Assembly (NCBI RefSeq): GCF_037042905.1 | Contig: NC_087251.1 | Location: 1,426,001 to 1,490,000, forward strand | Direction: 5' to 3' | DNA from: Lytechinus pictus | Taxonomy: Eukaryota | DNA: 64,000 nt | Shown here: piece after piece, positions 27,101 to 39,000 of the stretch | Numbering within the stretch: the first letter of the stretch is position 1 | Layout of the letters: each line of letters starts with the position of its first letter | Notes under the pieces: model-generated | What the model was told of the DNA's origin: nothing | Databases searched by the model: none | The model's input: the letters and a program-made list of their open reading frames with translations, nothing else | Translations under genes and position numbers: made by a program

Positions 27101-30100
27101 CATATATCAAAGAGACCCTTTTCACAGTGCTTTATCATCTCCCGTCTTTCACAAGTATTCCATCAATAATGAACATTCCGTTGTCATCATGAAGATCATA
27201 TTGATCTGCTTGAACATGGTAATAGTGATCATGATGGCGAGAATAAGGACAGACCACCTAATTCGTCCGCATGACGAATTAAAATCTAGTTTATTTTTAT
27301 TTCTTCCGTACACTTTTTTGTACACACGTTCACTCGAAATCGACATGGTCAATTTCCTTCAAATTTCTGTCAGTCATCAAGCCCTATGATTTCAAGTTAA
27401 ATCAACTTTTTCAAGGTCATTAGGTCATCGTGACGTCATCCAGGCGCCATTTTGTAAAAATCAGGTCATTATCATATCTCGATAACGAGTCATCAAAAAT
27501 CAACTATATTTGGTATACATCAATTTCAGGTCAACGGTCAACGAAAAATTTCATCAAATTCCGCGCGCGCACCTCGACGCGCACGTACGCGCGCATTAAA
27601 ATTTTAAAATGCTCAAATTCGTTCCAAATTAATTTTCCATACGTTTCAGGCCATTTTAAGCATTTTGCAAAAAAACGCGCGCACGCACATGCGCGCGCGT
27701 TTTCGCGCGTAATTGCATCTTCCAACATAGAATCGCCAAATTTTTTCTGTCATCATATTTGGCACATTTTTTCAAGCATTTTGATACCTTGATCAACCTT
27801 CTACGACAAGTAATAACGAAATTATCACCCGTTAAACTTTGCAGCACGTGTGCGCGCGAGCTCTCACTACAGGCCATATATGGGCAAAAACATGTCTATT
27901 GAAAATTCACTCTAGCTCTTTAAATAGTCCGTTGACCCCCATTTTTTTTTCATATATCGATAGAGTATGAGTTGTAGATATGATATCATGTCACCATTGT
28001 CCCTCAATTTGATCATGACGTCATCAAAATTGCGCCTAAACTGAAAATTTCATTTTTTCAAAAATGACGTCATCAAATTTATGCAAATTTGATCATAACT
28101 CCGTGAATATTGATCATTTTTCGCCCAGATTTCGATATGTTGTAGTTTAGAATGTACTCTTTTTCGTCAGTTTTCATGAATTTTCATTTTGAAAAACGCA
28201 TCATGGTGTAAAATTGCGATGAAAAGAGGCATGTCATTTTTCCTCATTTTACGTGTAATCTCTATGGGACATGACTTTTTCTCAAAACTAGATTCTACAT
28301 TCCTCTATTTCGTGAGCTATATCTCCATTTTTTCTTGTTAGTTATCCCTGAGCTTTTGGTATGATGTAGCTGAGATTCTAAGCTTTCGGAAGTGTGCCCT
28401 CCATTTTTCGATCAGATGCCAGGATCATGCCCGTTTTTCGCTTGCAAAATTGGATTTGTAATTCTCAAATTTGCTTACGTGTAATCTCTATGGGAACGTG
28501 TAATCTCTATGGGGAATATCGTGGCTCAATGGATAACGCACTTGACTTGAGTTCTCGGGGGCGCAGGTTCGAGTCCTGGGGGTGAACAAGATGATTTTTT
28601 TTTTCATTAGGTGGTCTGTCGATGACAGATCACCTATTGATTTCGCCAGAATTTTCTTTCTTTATTTATTAGGTGGTCTGTCAACGACAGATCACCTATT
28701 GATTTCGCTAGAATTTTCTTTCTTTATTTCTTTATTTATTTTTATTTCTTCCGTACACTTTTTTGTACACACGTTCACTCAAAATCGACATGGTCAATTT
28801 CCTTCAAATTTCTGTCAGTCATCAAGCCCTATGATTTCAAGTAAAATCAACTTTTTCAAGGTCATCAGGTCATGATGACGTCATCCAGGCGCCATTTTGT
28901 AAAATCACATTGTCGATCATATCTCCATTATCAATTATCAAAAATCAATCAAATGAACATCACATCAACTTCAGGTCAAGGGTCAACAGGTCATGTCATC
29001 AAAGGTCACCTGGAGGTCACGACGCGCGCGTACGCGCTCGTCAAATTTTTAAAATGCTCAAAATCACTTTTTGACCAAAGTAAAGTACGTTTCAGGTCAT
29101 TTTAAGCATTTCAAAAATTTGCGCACGCACACGTATGCGCACGCGTTTCCGCGCGTAACGCCTTCAACGCAACGCAGAAACGCCGTTTCTTTTATATCAT
29201 TGCATTGATAATATAATTCTGAGCAATTTGATACCTTGATCAACCTTCTACGACCATTAATAACGAAATTAACACCCGTTAAAGTTTGCAGCACGTGTGC
29301 GCGCGAGCTCTTACTATAGGCCATATATGGGCAAAAACATGCCTATTAAAAATTCACTGTAGCTCTTTAAATAGTCCGTTGACCCCCAATTTTTTTTCAT
29401 ATATCGATAGAGTATGAGTTGTAGATTTGATTTCATGTCACCATTGTCCCTCAATTTGATCATGACGTCATCAAAATTGCGCCTAAACTGAAAATTTCAT
29501 TTTTTTAAAAATGACGTCATCAAATTTATGCAAATTTAATCATAACTCCGTGAATATTGATCATTTTTCGCCCAGATTTCGATATGTTGTAGTTAAGAAT
29601 GTACTCTTTCTCGTCAGTTAACCTAAATTTTCATTTTGAAAAACGCATCATGGTGTAAAATTGCGATGAAAAGAGGCATGTCATTTTTCCTCATTTTACG
29701 TGTAATCTCTATGGGACATGACTTTTTCTCAAAACTAGATTCTACATTCCTCTATTTCGTGAGCTATATCTCCATTTTTCCGTGTTAGTTATCCCTGAGC
29801 TTTTGGTATGATGTAGCTGAGATTCTAAGCTTTCGGAAATGTGCCCTCCATTTTTCGATCAGATGACAGAATCATGCCCGTTTTTCGCTTGCAAAATTGG
29901 ATTTGTAATTCTCAAATTTGCTTACGTGTAATCTCTATGGGAACGTGTAATCTCTATGGGGAATATCGTGGCTCAATGGATAACGCACTTGACTTGAGTT
30001 CTCGGGGGCGCAGGTTCGAGTCCTGGGGGTGAACAAGATGATTTTTTCTTCTTTTTTTTCCCCTTTTACCACCTCGTACATGATAATTAAAAGGTATGAA

Positions 30101-31993
30101 AGTTAAAATTTAGCAAGATTAAACAGATTATAATTACTTTTTTCATATCACATGTATTTTCATATATCAAAGAGACCCTTTTCACAGTGCTTTATCATCT
30201 CCCGTCTTTCACAAGTATTCCATCCATAATGAACATTCCGTTGTCATCATGAAGATCATATTGATCTGCTTGAACATGGTAATAGTGATCATGATGGCGA
30301 GAATAAGGACAGACCACCTAATTCGTCCGCATGACGAATTAAAATCTAGTTTATTTTTATTCTTTATTTATTTTTATTTCTTCCGTACACTTTTTTGTAC
30401 ACACGTTCATTCGAAATTGACATGATCAATTTCCTTCAAATTTCTGTCAGTCATCAAGCCATATGATTTCTAGTAAAATTAACTTTTTTAAGGTCATTAG
30501 GTCATCGTGACGTCATCCAGGCGCCATTTTGTAAAATCACATTGTCGATCATATCTCCATTATCAATTATCAAAAATCAATCAAATTAACATCACATCAA
30601 CTTCAGGTCAAAAGTCAACAAGTCATGTCATCAAAGGTCACCTGGAGGTCACGACGCGCGCGTACGCGCTCGTCAAATTTTTTAAATGCTCAAAATCACT
30701 TTTTGACCAAAGTAAAGTACGTTTCAGGTCAATTCAAGCATTTCAAAAATTTGCGCGCGCACACGTATGCGCGCGCGTTTCCGCGCGTAACGCCTTCAAC
30801 GCAACGCAGAAACGCAGTTTTTTTTATATCATTGCATTTATAATATAATTCTGAACAATTTGATACCTTGATCAACCTTCTACGACAAGTAATAACGAAA
30901 TTATCACCCGTTAAACTTTGCAGCACGTGTGCGCGCGAGCTCTCACTACAGGCCATATATGGGCAAAAACATGTCTATTGAAAATTCACTGTAGCTCTTT
31001 AAAATGTCCGTTGACCCCAATTTTTTTTTCATATATCGATAGAGTATAAGTTGTAGATTTGATTTCATGTCACCATTGTCCCTCAATTTGATCATGACGT
31101 CATCAAAATTGCGCCTAAACTGAAAATTTCATTTTTTCAAAAATGACGTCATCAAATTTATGCAAATTTGATCATAACTCCGTGAATATTGATCATTTAT
31201 CGCCCAGATTTCGATAAGTTGTAGTTTAGAATGCACTCTTTCTCGTCAATTTACATGAATTTTCATTTTGAAAAACGCATCATGGTGTAAAATTGCGATG
31301 AAAAGAGGCATGTCATTTTTCCTCATTTTACGTGTAATCTCTATGGGACATGACTTTTTCTCAAAACTAGATTCTACATTCCTCTATTTCGTGAGCTATA
31401 TCTCCATTTTTTCTTGTTAGTTATCCCTGAGCTTTTGGTATGATGTAGCTGAGATTCTAAGCTTTCGGAAGTGTGCCCTCCATTTTTCGATCAGATGTCA
31501 GGATCATGCCCGTTTTTCGCTTGCAAAATTGGATTTGTAATTCTCAAATTTGCTTACGTGTAATCTCTATGGGAACGTGTAATCTCTTTGGGGAATATCG
31601 TGGCTCAATGGATAACGCACTTGACTTGAGTTCTCGGGGGCGCAGGTTCGAGTCCTGGGGGTGAACAAGATGATTTTTTTTTTCATTTTTTTTTTCTTTT
31701 TACCACCTCGTACATGATCCTTTATGATAATTAAAAGGTATGAAAGTTAAAATTTAGCAAGATTAAACAGATTATAATAACTTTTTTCATATCACATGTA
31801 TTTTCATATATCAAAGAGACCCTTTTCACAGTGCTTTATCATCTCCCGTCTTTCACAAGTATTCCATCCATAATGAACATTCCGTTGTCATCATGAAGAT
31901 CATATTGATCTGCTTGAACATGGTAATAGTGATCATGATGGCGAGAATAAGGACAGACCACCTAATTCGTCCGCATGACGAATTAAAATCTAG
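21117..31993 (+). mobile_element. Cluster of a ~1.7-kb non-autonomous Helentron/Helitron2-like (DINE-1/HINE-type) element: 6 heads, 7 body segments, 5 intact 3' ends
   Basis: The 5' subTIR attaggtggtctgtc has an adjacent partial inverted copy (gacagatcacctatt) and is followed by a T-rich (ttta/ttct) microsatellite. The 3' subTIR gacagaccacctaat is the exact reverse complement. It is followed by a 9-bp-stem hairpin taattcgtc-cgcat-gacgaatta and then aaatCTAG (23035, 24661, 27286, 30346, 31990). No credible ORF. Confidence 0.8.
22642..22728 (+). pseudogene. tRNA-derived (tRNA-Arg-like) Pol III cassette inside the clustered element; further copies near 24265, 26889, 28515, 29962, 31594
   Basis: A box tggctcaatgg (22649-22659), B box ggttcgagtcc (22693-22703), T-run at 22722. 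D and T arms resemble eukaryotic tRNA-Arg; acceptor and anticodon stems do not pair. Confidence 0.7.
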
Positions 31994-32440
31994 TTTTATC
32001 TTTCTTTTTGCTTTATCTTTGTTCCCTGTATGTACTTTAAACTGGTTTTAAGTTGTCATTTTGTATTTTTGGTGGTACTATTTAAAAGAATATATATATA
32101 ATAGGAGGCTGCACGCTACAAGTTGGTGACAAACGAAATGAAATTCATTTTCTGTGTTTTTAAATCCGTCGTCTGTTGTGGAAGCAAACAAAATCCCTAG
32201 TTAATCAAGCATCACGGACGAATATCATTATCTCCTTTGCGTCACTGACCATTGGGTGTTTTATAAATCTGGGTGTCAATAGAGAGTCTGGGAATTAGTG
32301 GAATTATAGAAAATGAAATAGTTTTCTCGAGCATTGTTTATTAGATACCAATAAAAACACGGATATTTTAACAAATTTCATATCATTAATGAATATTAAT
32401 GAATGAATGGTATGAATGAAAATTCATACCATTAATGAAA

Positions 32441-32630
32441 GGAGGCTGCAACCTACAAGCTCCGCTTTTTAGCAGCCTCCTCCATTTCCAACCTGCTATT
32501 ATGATAATCGTAACTATAATTTTTGCACATAAAAATATGCTATGTTTCATTGCTTATAAAGTTCTGTATTATAATTATTATTGTACGAAGAAAAATGTAA
32601 TTGTTGGAAATGGAAATGAATGAAATGAAT
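32441..32630 (+). mobile_element. LINE 3' UTR remnant
   Basis: Stem ggaggctgc/gcagcctcc enclosing tacaagc-tcc-gctttt, followed by a (gaaat/gaat)n tail. A partial copy of the stem start lies at 32104-32122. Confidence 0.6.
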
Positions 32631-33428
32631 ATAAAATGCGGTCTATGATATTTTCTACTTAAAGTTATATGAAATAATAACAAAAAGTGATACTTTATTA
32701 AATTGCTTGAAGAGACTTTGGGTTCGCATTGGTGATCGATATTTCGATTGTTCTTGAAAAAAAAGTTTTATCAACTAGCATAACCGTACCCAAGAAAGTA
32801 AAAATGTATTGAAATAATTGACTCATGATTACTGCTATATGGTTATATCTGCTATGTCAGGCAATAGATTGCTTTTACTTCGTATATCCGACCTAAACAT
32901 TTTTTTTCGATGACACTGAAAAACAGCCATACGTTAAACTAATACTACTCATGAAATCAAATCAGGAACATATTAAAGAGATAGATCAATAACAAGTAAA
33001 AGGGTAGTTATTTCACCTGACATGAGCCTGGCTGTATAGACAAGAAAAAGACAACAAAGAAGGACTGCTATTCGGTATAAACCTTTGTAATTGTCTAGGC
33101 ACGTACCGCTCGATATAAAGTTTCGGATTCAAGATTTATCGTCCATCGTGTGTGATACATAATGGAAATCTATATCGTTCGCACATTATCAATAAAAGCA
33201 TTAATTCTAAAGATATTCATTAAACATGAAAGAGATTACTATCTGAAGGTTATCAAAAATTAATTGAGTCACATTGATATAAATTGGATTATGGCTCTCA
33301 AGCTTCACCATAGGACCATCACATTAAGTATCAAAATCAAACGTCTCAAACAAACGAAGAAGATTCAGAACTAGAAAATTTTATTATAAAGTCACCATAA
33401 TCCTAGTTCAGGATAGAATCATCGGATA

Positions 33429-33502
33429 GTCGTGGGTTCGAATCTTAGCCATGGTGCGTTTTCCTTCAGCAAGAAATAGTAATCCATTCTGAACTCGACC
33501 CG
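33429..33502 (+). mobile_element. tRNA-derived SINE fragment (B box plus start of body)
   Basis: gtgggttcgaatc B box followed by a ttccttcagcaaga...actcgaccc body of the kind recalled from deuterostome SINEs; A box not seen. Confidence 0.5.
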
Positions 33503-33507
33503 ATACG

Positions 33508-33713
33508 TCATGGGCAGAGAGAGGGAGGGGGTGACAGCCTCTTGTACTTTTTCAAATTAACATAAAAGAAGAAAATGAGGAGAAAAGCGAAAGGAATGAA
33601 AGTAAGAAGAATATTTTACTGGAATGGTTCAAATAATCATATTGAGTTTGATTTTGGGCAAATAAATTCATCTGTAGGTCACCCTGCCCTTTAAATCCTT
33701 GCGCTGCCCATGA
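33508..33713. mobile_element. Small degenerate MITE
   Basis: 10-bp TIR tcatgggcag / ctgcccatga; G-rich left and C-rich right subterminal tracts; no TSD visible. Confidence 0.4.
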
Positions 33714-34728
33714 ACATTGGTACTCTCTCTTTCCTTCCCTTCCTATCTCTCTCTCTCTCTACTCACTAAGCCATAATAGTCTGGAGCTTATGTCTATAGA
33801 TATACGGCACTCGAAAATGAATCTTTCAACTACTGACTAATTGAAAGGGTATTTCAATGATACTTGATATGAAAATGTTATCACAAAATGATGATGGTTT
33901 TATATCCACGCTTATCATCGGGTTCTTACAAGACTATAGAGAGGGGCAAAACACACAAAAAGGGTGTCTATAGTGACGCAGAATAGTTTTTATATGAAAT
34001 TGAAGAAAAATCGTACGTCACAGCATAAAAAAACTGTGACGCACAGTTTGATATGAAAATTTACGAACAATCTTATGCCTATAATATAAATGAGTTAAGA
34101 AGATAATTTGAATTTGAAGTAGGGTTAGAAATAGAATTCAGAAAAAAATAATACGATACATAGTGTATAGAGTTCACTTATAGAATCACTATTTTTCCAA
34201 TTATTAAATATTTCTTATAATTTTGGAATCATTTGACATTATAATTACACAAAATTTATTTGTATCTTATCTGTATATGATATTCATAATCATTTTTTTA
34301 CTTAAAATTTCGTTTAAAAATAAGTAATGAAAAATTGTTTGTTGGCAAGATTAATTTTCAACACAAAAATGCACTGGTCATTGTCATGCGCATTGCATGT
34401 GACGTATGAATAATAATAATATATCATTATTATCATTTGTTTTTAATAAAACAATTTTTTTTTAAAATAAAAACTGATTATGCCGATTTATGAATGTCAT
34501 TTTTAAGGGATGTACCATCGATAACTAGATTAGATTAGATTGGGCCAATATCTTACCTGTCTCTCTTCGTTGTATAAAAAACTGTTTGCCTTTGTCAATG
34601 ATTTCGGTATCAAATTTAATTTCTTGTGTATTTTTTATTGTTTTGTACAATTTGTAGTTATGTCTAGTAAGCGTCATATGTCATGAGGAGATCTATGCAG
34701 TGATATACATGTATTGTAATACTATTTA

Positions 34729-36024
34729 CAAGTAGAAGATTGAGTTGCCTGTGTTGATTAACTGTTTGTGCAAGTATACTGAGTAGAATTTGTTGATTAA
34801 CTGTTTGTGCAAGTAGAACATTGAGTAGCCTGTGTTGATTAACTGTTTGTGCAAGTAGAAAATTGAGTAGCCTTTGTTTATTAACTGTTTGTGCAAGTAG
34901 AACATTGAGTAGCCTTTGTTTATTAACTGTTTGTGCAAGTAGAACATTGAGTAGCCTGTGTTGATTAACTGTTTGTGCAAGTAGAAAATTGAGTAGCCTT
35001 TGTTGTTTAACTATTTGTGCAAGTAGAAAATTGAGTAGCCTTTGTTGATTAACTGTTTGTGAAGTAGAAAAATGAGTAGCCTTTGTTGATTAACTGTTTG
35101 TGCAAGTAGAAAATTGAGTAGCCTTTAATGATTAACTGTTTGTGCAAGTAGAACATTGAGTAGCCTGTGTTGATTAACTGTTTGTGCAAGTAGAAAATTG
35201 AGTAGCCTTTGTTTATTAACTGTTTGTGCAAGTAGAACATTGAGTAGCCTTTGTTTATTAACTGTTTGTGCAAGTAGAACATTGAGTAGCCTGTGTTGAT
35301 TAACTGTTTGTGCAAGTAGAAAATTGAGTAGCCCTTGTTGTTTAACTGTTTGTGTCTTAGTAGAAAATTGAGTAGCCTTTGTTGATTAACTGTTTGTGAA
35401 GTAGAAAAATGAGTAGCCTTTGTTGATTAACTGTTTGTGCAAGTAGAAAATTGAGTAGCCTTTAATGATTAACTGTTTGTGCAAGTAGAATATTGAGTAG
35501 CCTTTTTTTGATTAACTGTTTGTGCAAGTAGAAAATTGAGTAGCCTTTGTTGAAAACTGTTTGTGCAAGTAGAAAATTGAGTAGCCTTTAATGATTAACT
35601 GTTTGTGCAAGTAGAACATTGAGTAGCCTTTGTTGATTAAATGTTTGTGCAAGTAGAATATTGAGTAGCCTTTGTTGATTAACTGTTTGTGCAAGTACAA
35701 AATTGAGTAGCCTTTGTTGATTAACTGTTTGTGCAAGTAGAACATTGAGTAGCCTTTTGTCATTTCCGTCTTTTCAGTGTGAATTTTCACCTCTGTTGGA
35801 GTGAAAGTGAAAAAAAAAAAGCACACTCTCACTCCTAAAAAGGTGAAAATTCACTCTTAAAAAAGACCAAAATCTCACTTCATCAGGACTGGTACCTCAT
35901 CTCACTCTGAGAGAAGCGTGGTTAGGGACTAGATTAGATCCTTTGCATTTACAGAGTAGCCTTTGATGATTGAATGTTTGTGAAAGTTGAACATTGGGTA
36001 GCCTATGTTGATTTACTGTTTGTG
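34729..36024. repeat. 42-bp minisatellite (~24 copies to 35760, then a ~190-bp interruption and ~1.7 degenerate copies)
   Basis: Consensus caagtagaaaattgagtagcctttgttgattaactgtttgtg. Confidence 0.97.
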
Positions 36025-39000
36025 TAATGCGCCCCTACGTTAATATCTACCGTAGATCCGTAGATTCTGAGATTGAAGAAAGTTTGTTATTGATGTCAGT
36101 ATTGATACAATGGAAGCGATTTAAAATTAATTTAAATATTATTTTGTTCTTTATATCGAGATACTATATATTATCAGCCTTTGTCTATTTTTCACAGAAT
36201 ATAATATTTTAAAAATAATAATCCTTTCACTTATTAAAGGTTATATTGGTAGCATTCTGTTATGATAGATGGTATTTTAAACAACAAATTATAGAGAAAA
36301 CGGGCGAAAAATGGAGAGAAAATGAGGGAGAGAGAGAGAGAGGGGAGGGAGTAGAGATAGCGATTAAGGGGGAATACTTGATATATTTCGTGGGAAATGT
36401 TGTCCTGGCTTAAACGAAATATCAAGTACCTCTCTGGTTTTTAGACGTTTTTCAGGAAGGACGTCCAATATGTCAGTTCAACCGTGAAGAAAGCAAGTTT
36501 ATGATAACAATAATGCATAATGCATATTTTCAATAACTCGTTTCTAGCAGAAATCGTCAATCTAACCACAAACTTATCTAACCAGACGTTCCAATTGAAG
36601 CGCTTGACCCAAAACAATAGCGACGAAACATTCAAAACCAAAAGCATGTTAAATAAATCCTCCGAAAACCCCCCTATAATGGAATCTCCGTATCATGGTC
36701 GTCCGTAAAGTGTATTCCAATCTGAAATCAATACAGATAAACAAAACAGACAATTTACTAACTGGCCAAAATGACCAATGTTTTGGTGAATTTGTGTCCG
36801 GCAGATACCAAATGGTCAAATTCAAACAAATTATTTGGTAAAATTTATCAAAGTTCTGGCTGATTTATTTATTTTATTATCGGTTTGATACATTTATTTT
36901 TACAAATCTTTCATAAAGTGTATTCTGTCATGCAACGGTAATTAACTGAACAATTTCCCATATTTTACAACCCACGTTTTTCATAGTTTTGGTCAGTCGA
37001 AGGGACAGGCGTGAGTTCATTGGTCTGTGGGTTAACATCTTCTTTCAATCTACTTCAATCAATCTCGGGTATGCGCTTTCCATTTCTAGAGCAAGGTTAT
37101 TTTGGGGAAAAAAATTAGGTCCTTTCATGCAAAACGAAAAAAAATTGATTTCTTTTTAAAAAACAGAGATTGCCTTAGGCTACATACCTGTATTCAATTT
37201 GAATTGTCTTTGACCTTGTTATAAGTGGATTTGGTTCTTCTCAGTTCGTTTCTTCTCAATTTCACTTGATCAAATTAGATTTTGGAGCACAATTTTTCAA
37301 ATACTTTAGAAAATCACAAGGTATCATTTGGTGCATTTTTGCTATAAAGTGCTGATTTAAAGTTCTACTTAGGAGAAAATAAATACATATATTCTACAGT
37401 TCTCACTTGCCCATGCATGGTAAACTAAATGAATAATGGACTTTTCATGAAGTATATCTATAAAGTATTCAGCGATTAGAATATGGGTAACCTTAATTTC
37501 GGGAGTCAAAGCACTGTGGATAATTACTTGATTATCACTCGTATCAACACATTATGAATTCATTCACAATTAAACTTACTATTAAATTGACTACACCTCA
37601 AAATTGTTTGTTCTACTAAGTAATGTTTTTTCATGACGCAGCTTCATTTGAATTCAGATTCAGCATACGTCACTATCTAGATTTATTTATCCCAGGTCCT
37701 TTTAAGGACACCGTACATGGATTTACCAGGAACCGACTCGTATTAACTATACATGATTAGCATTTGATGATTGTTTTTGAGGGTGGTGTGCTTGTTCCTT
37801 CAAGGTGGATGTTTGATAGGAAAACTAATTGTTTCCTGTCTTCTATGAATCCTTGCACGTACAACTAGACAAACAACGGACACTTGAAGAGCAAACATAC
37901 TCGTTTCCTTTCTTCATCCTCGTGAGCAAAGCCTCCCCGTTCATAAGAGACTTCAAGACAAGATGGCCTCAGCCAGTATAGAGTGTTGTTCATTCACTAA
38001 TTCTGTTGCGCGTTGTAAAGAAAATTGGAGTTGTGAATGGTTGATCTTATAATATACTCATTATCTAATACAGTGAATTAAGCAACCGTTGCCCTCCATT
38101 CTTATTGTTTGAAACTAACATTTTGATCTTGGTAAAAGTAGATATTAAAGCTAACAGGAAAGTAGTTGCAGCAAATAATGTTTTTTTTTGTTTTAGGGAA
38201 GTCTTTAAAATCTTACTTTATATCGTCACCGTTTGTTTCATGGTAGATCTAGATCGGGTTTATTTACATAAATCTATCTCTCTTGTTAGGATGATGTTGT
38301 TAATTATATTGATAATCATGATGATGATCAGATAATGATGATAACAATAATGTAAACAATAATGATAATACTTCTACTACCTCTACTGCTCCTGCTACTA
38401 CTACTTTTTTAAAACATATTCAACGTTTCATTCAAATGGTCATGACTTGTACTTTTAAATTGCATGATATCCATTGGCGCTGATTTCTTATATTTGTTTT
38501 ATAAAGTTTAACTTTCTCTAATATCCTATACACCAGTCAACAAACTCGAGAAGATGATAATATACTCAGAACAACTGATAATCAATGATACCGCAAATCA
38601 AATCTTCTTAAAAATAAATTGTAACTTGAAGAAAACACAGAGCAGCATGCATAATTATTCAGGAAATTAAACCACTAGAATGATAATGTCGAATATAAAC
38701 ACATTTGATTTAAGGTTTGAGGAAGGATAGTACAAGTGAATATTTCAGTGCTTGTCTGTGTGTTTGTCAGAACAGAGAGACACAGTGAGATGGGAAAAGA
38801 CAGATAAAAAAGGGGAGGAGGAGAGATAAAGAGAGGAAGAGAGGAAGAGAGAGGGAGAAAGAAGAAGAAGAAGAGAGAGAGATAATGGGGATAAAAAATA
38901 GAAAGAGACAGATAGGAGGTGAAGGAGAAATGAAGTGCATGACAAAGAAGAAACATGGCGCCAAGCTACTTGTGGATGACATGCATGCCCTACCAGCCTA

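Noticed and set aside
21552..31664. Recurring short ORFs in the cluster (MPSIFRSD..., MTSSRRHF..., MACSESS...)
   Set aside because: They recur only because the DNA repeats. Many start at GTG/TTG, frames shift between copies, and no domain is recognisable.
34726..35832. Repetitive 14-aa ORFs (HKQLINKGYSMFYL)
   Set aside because: Artefact of a 42-bp unit that lacks stops in one frame; broken by indels.
38675..38982. Ser/Leu/Phe-rich ORFs
   Set aside because: Translation of a GA-rich low-complexity tract.
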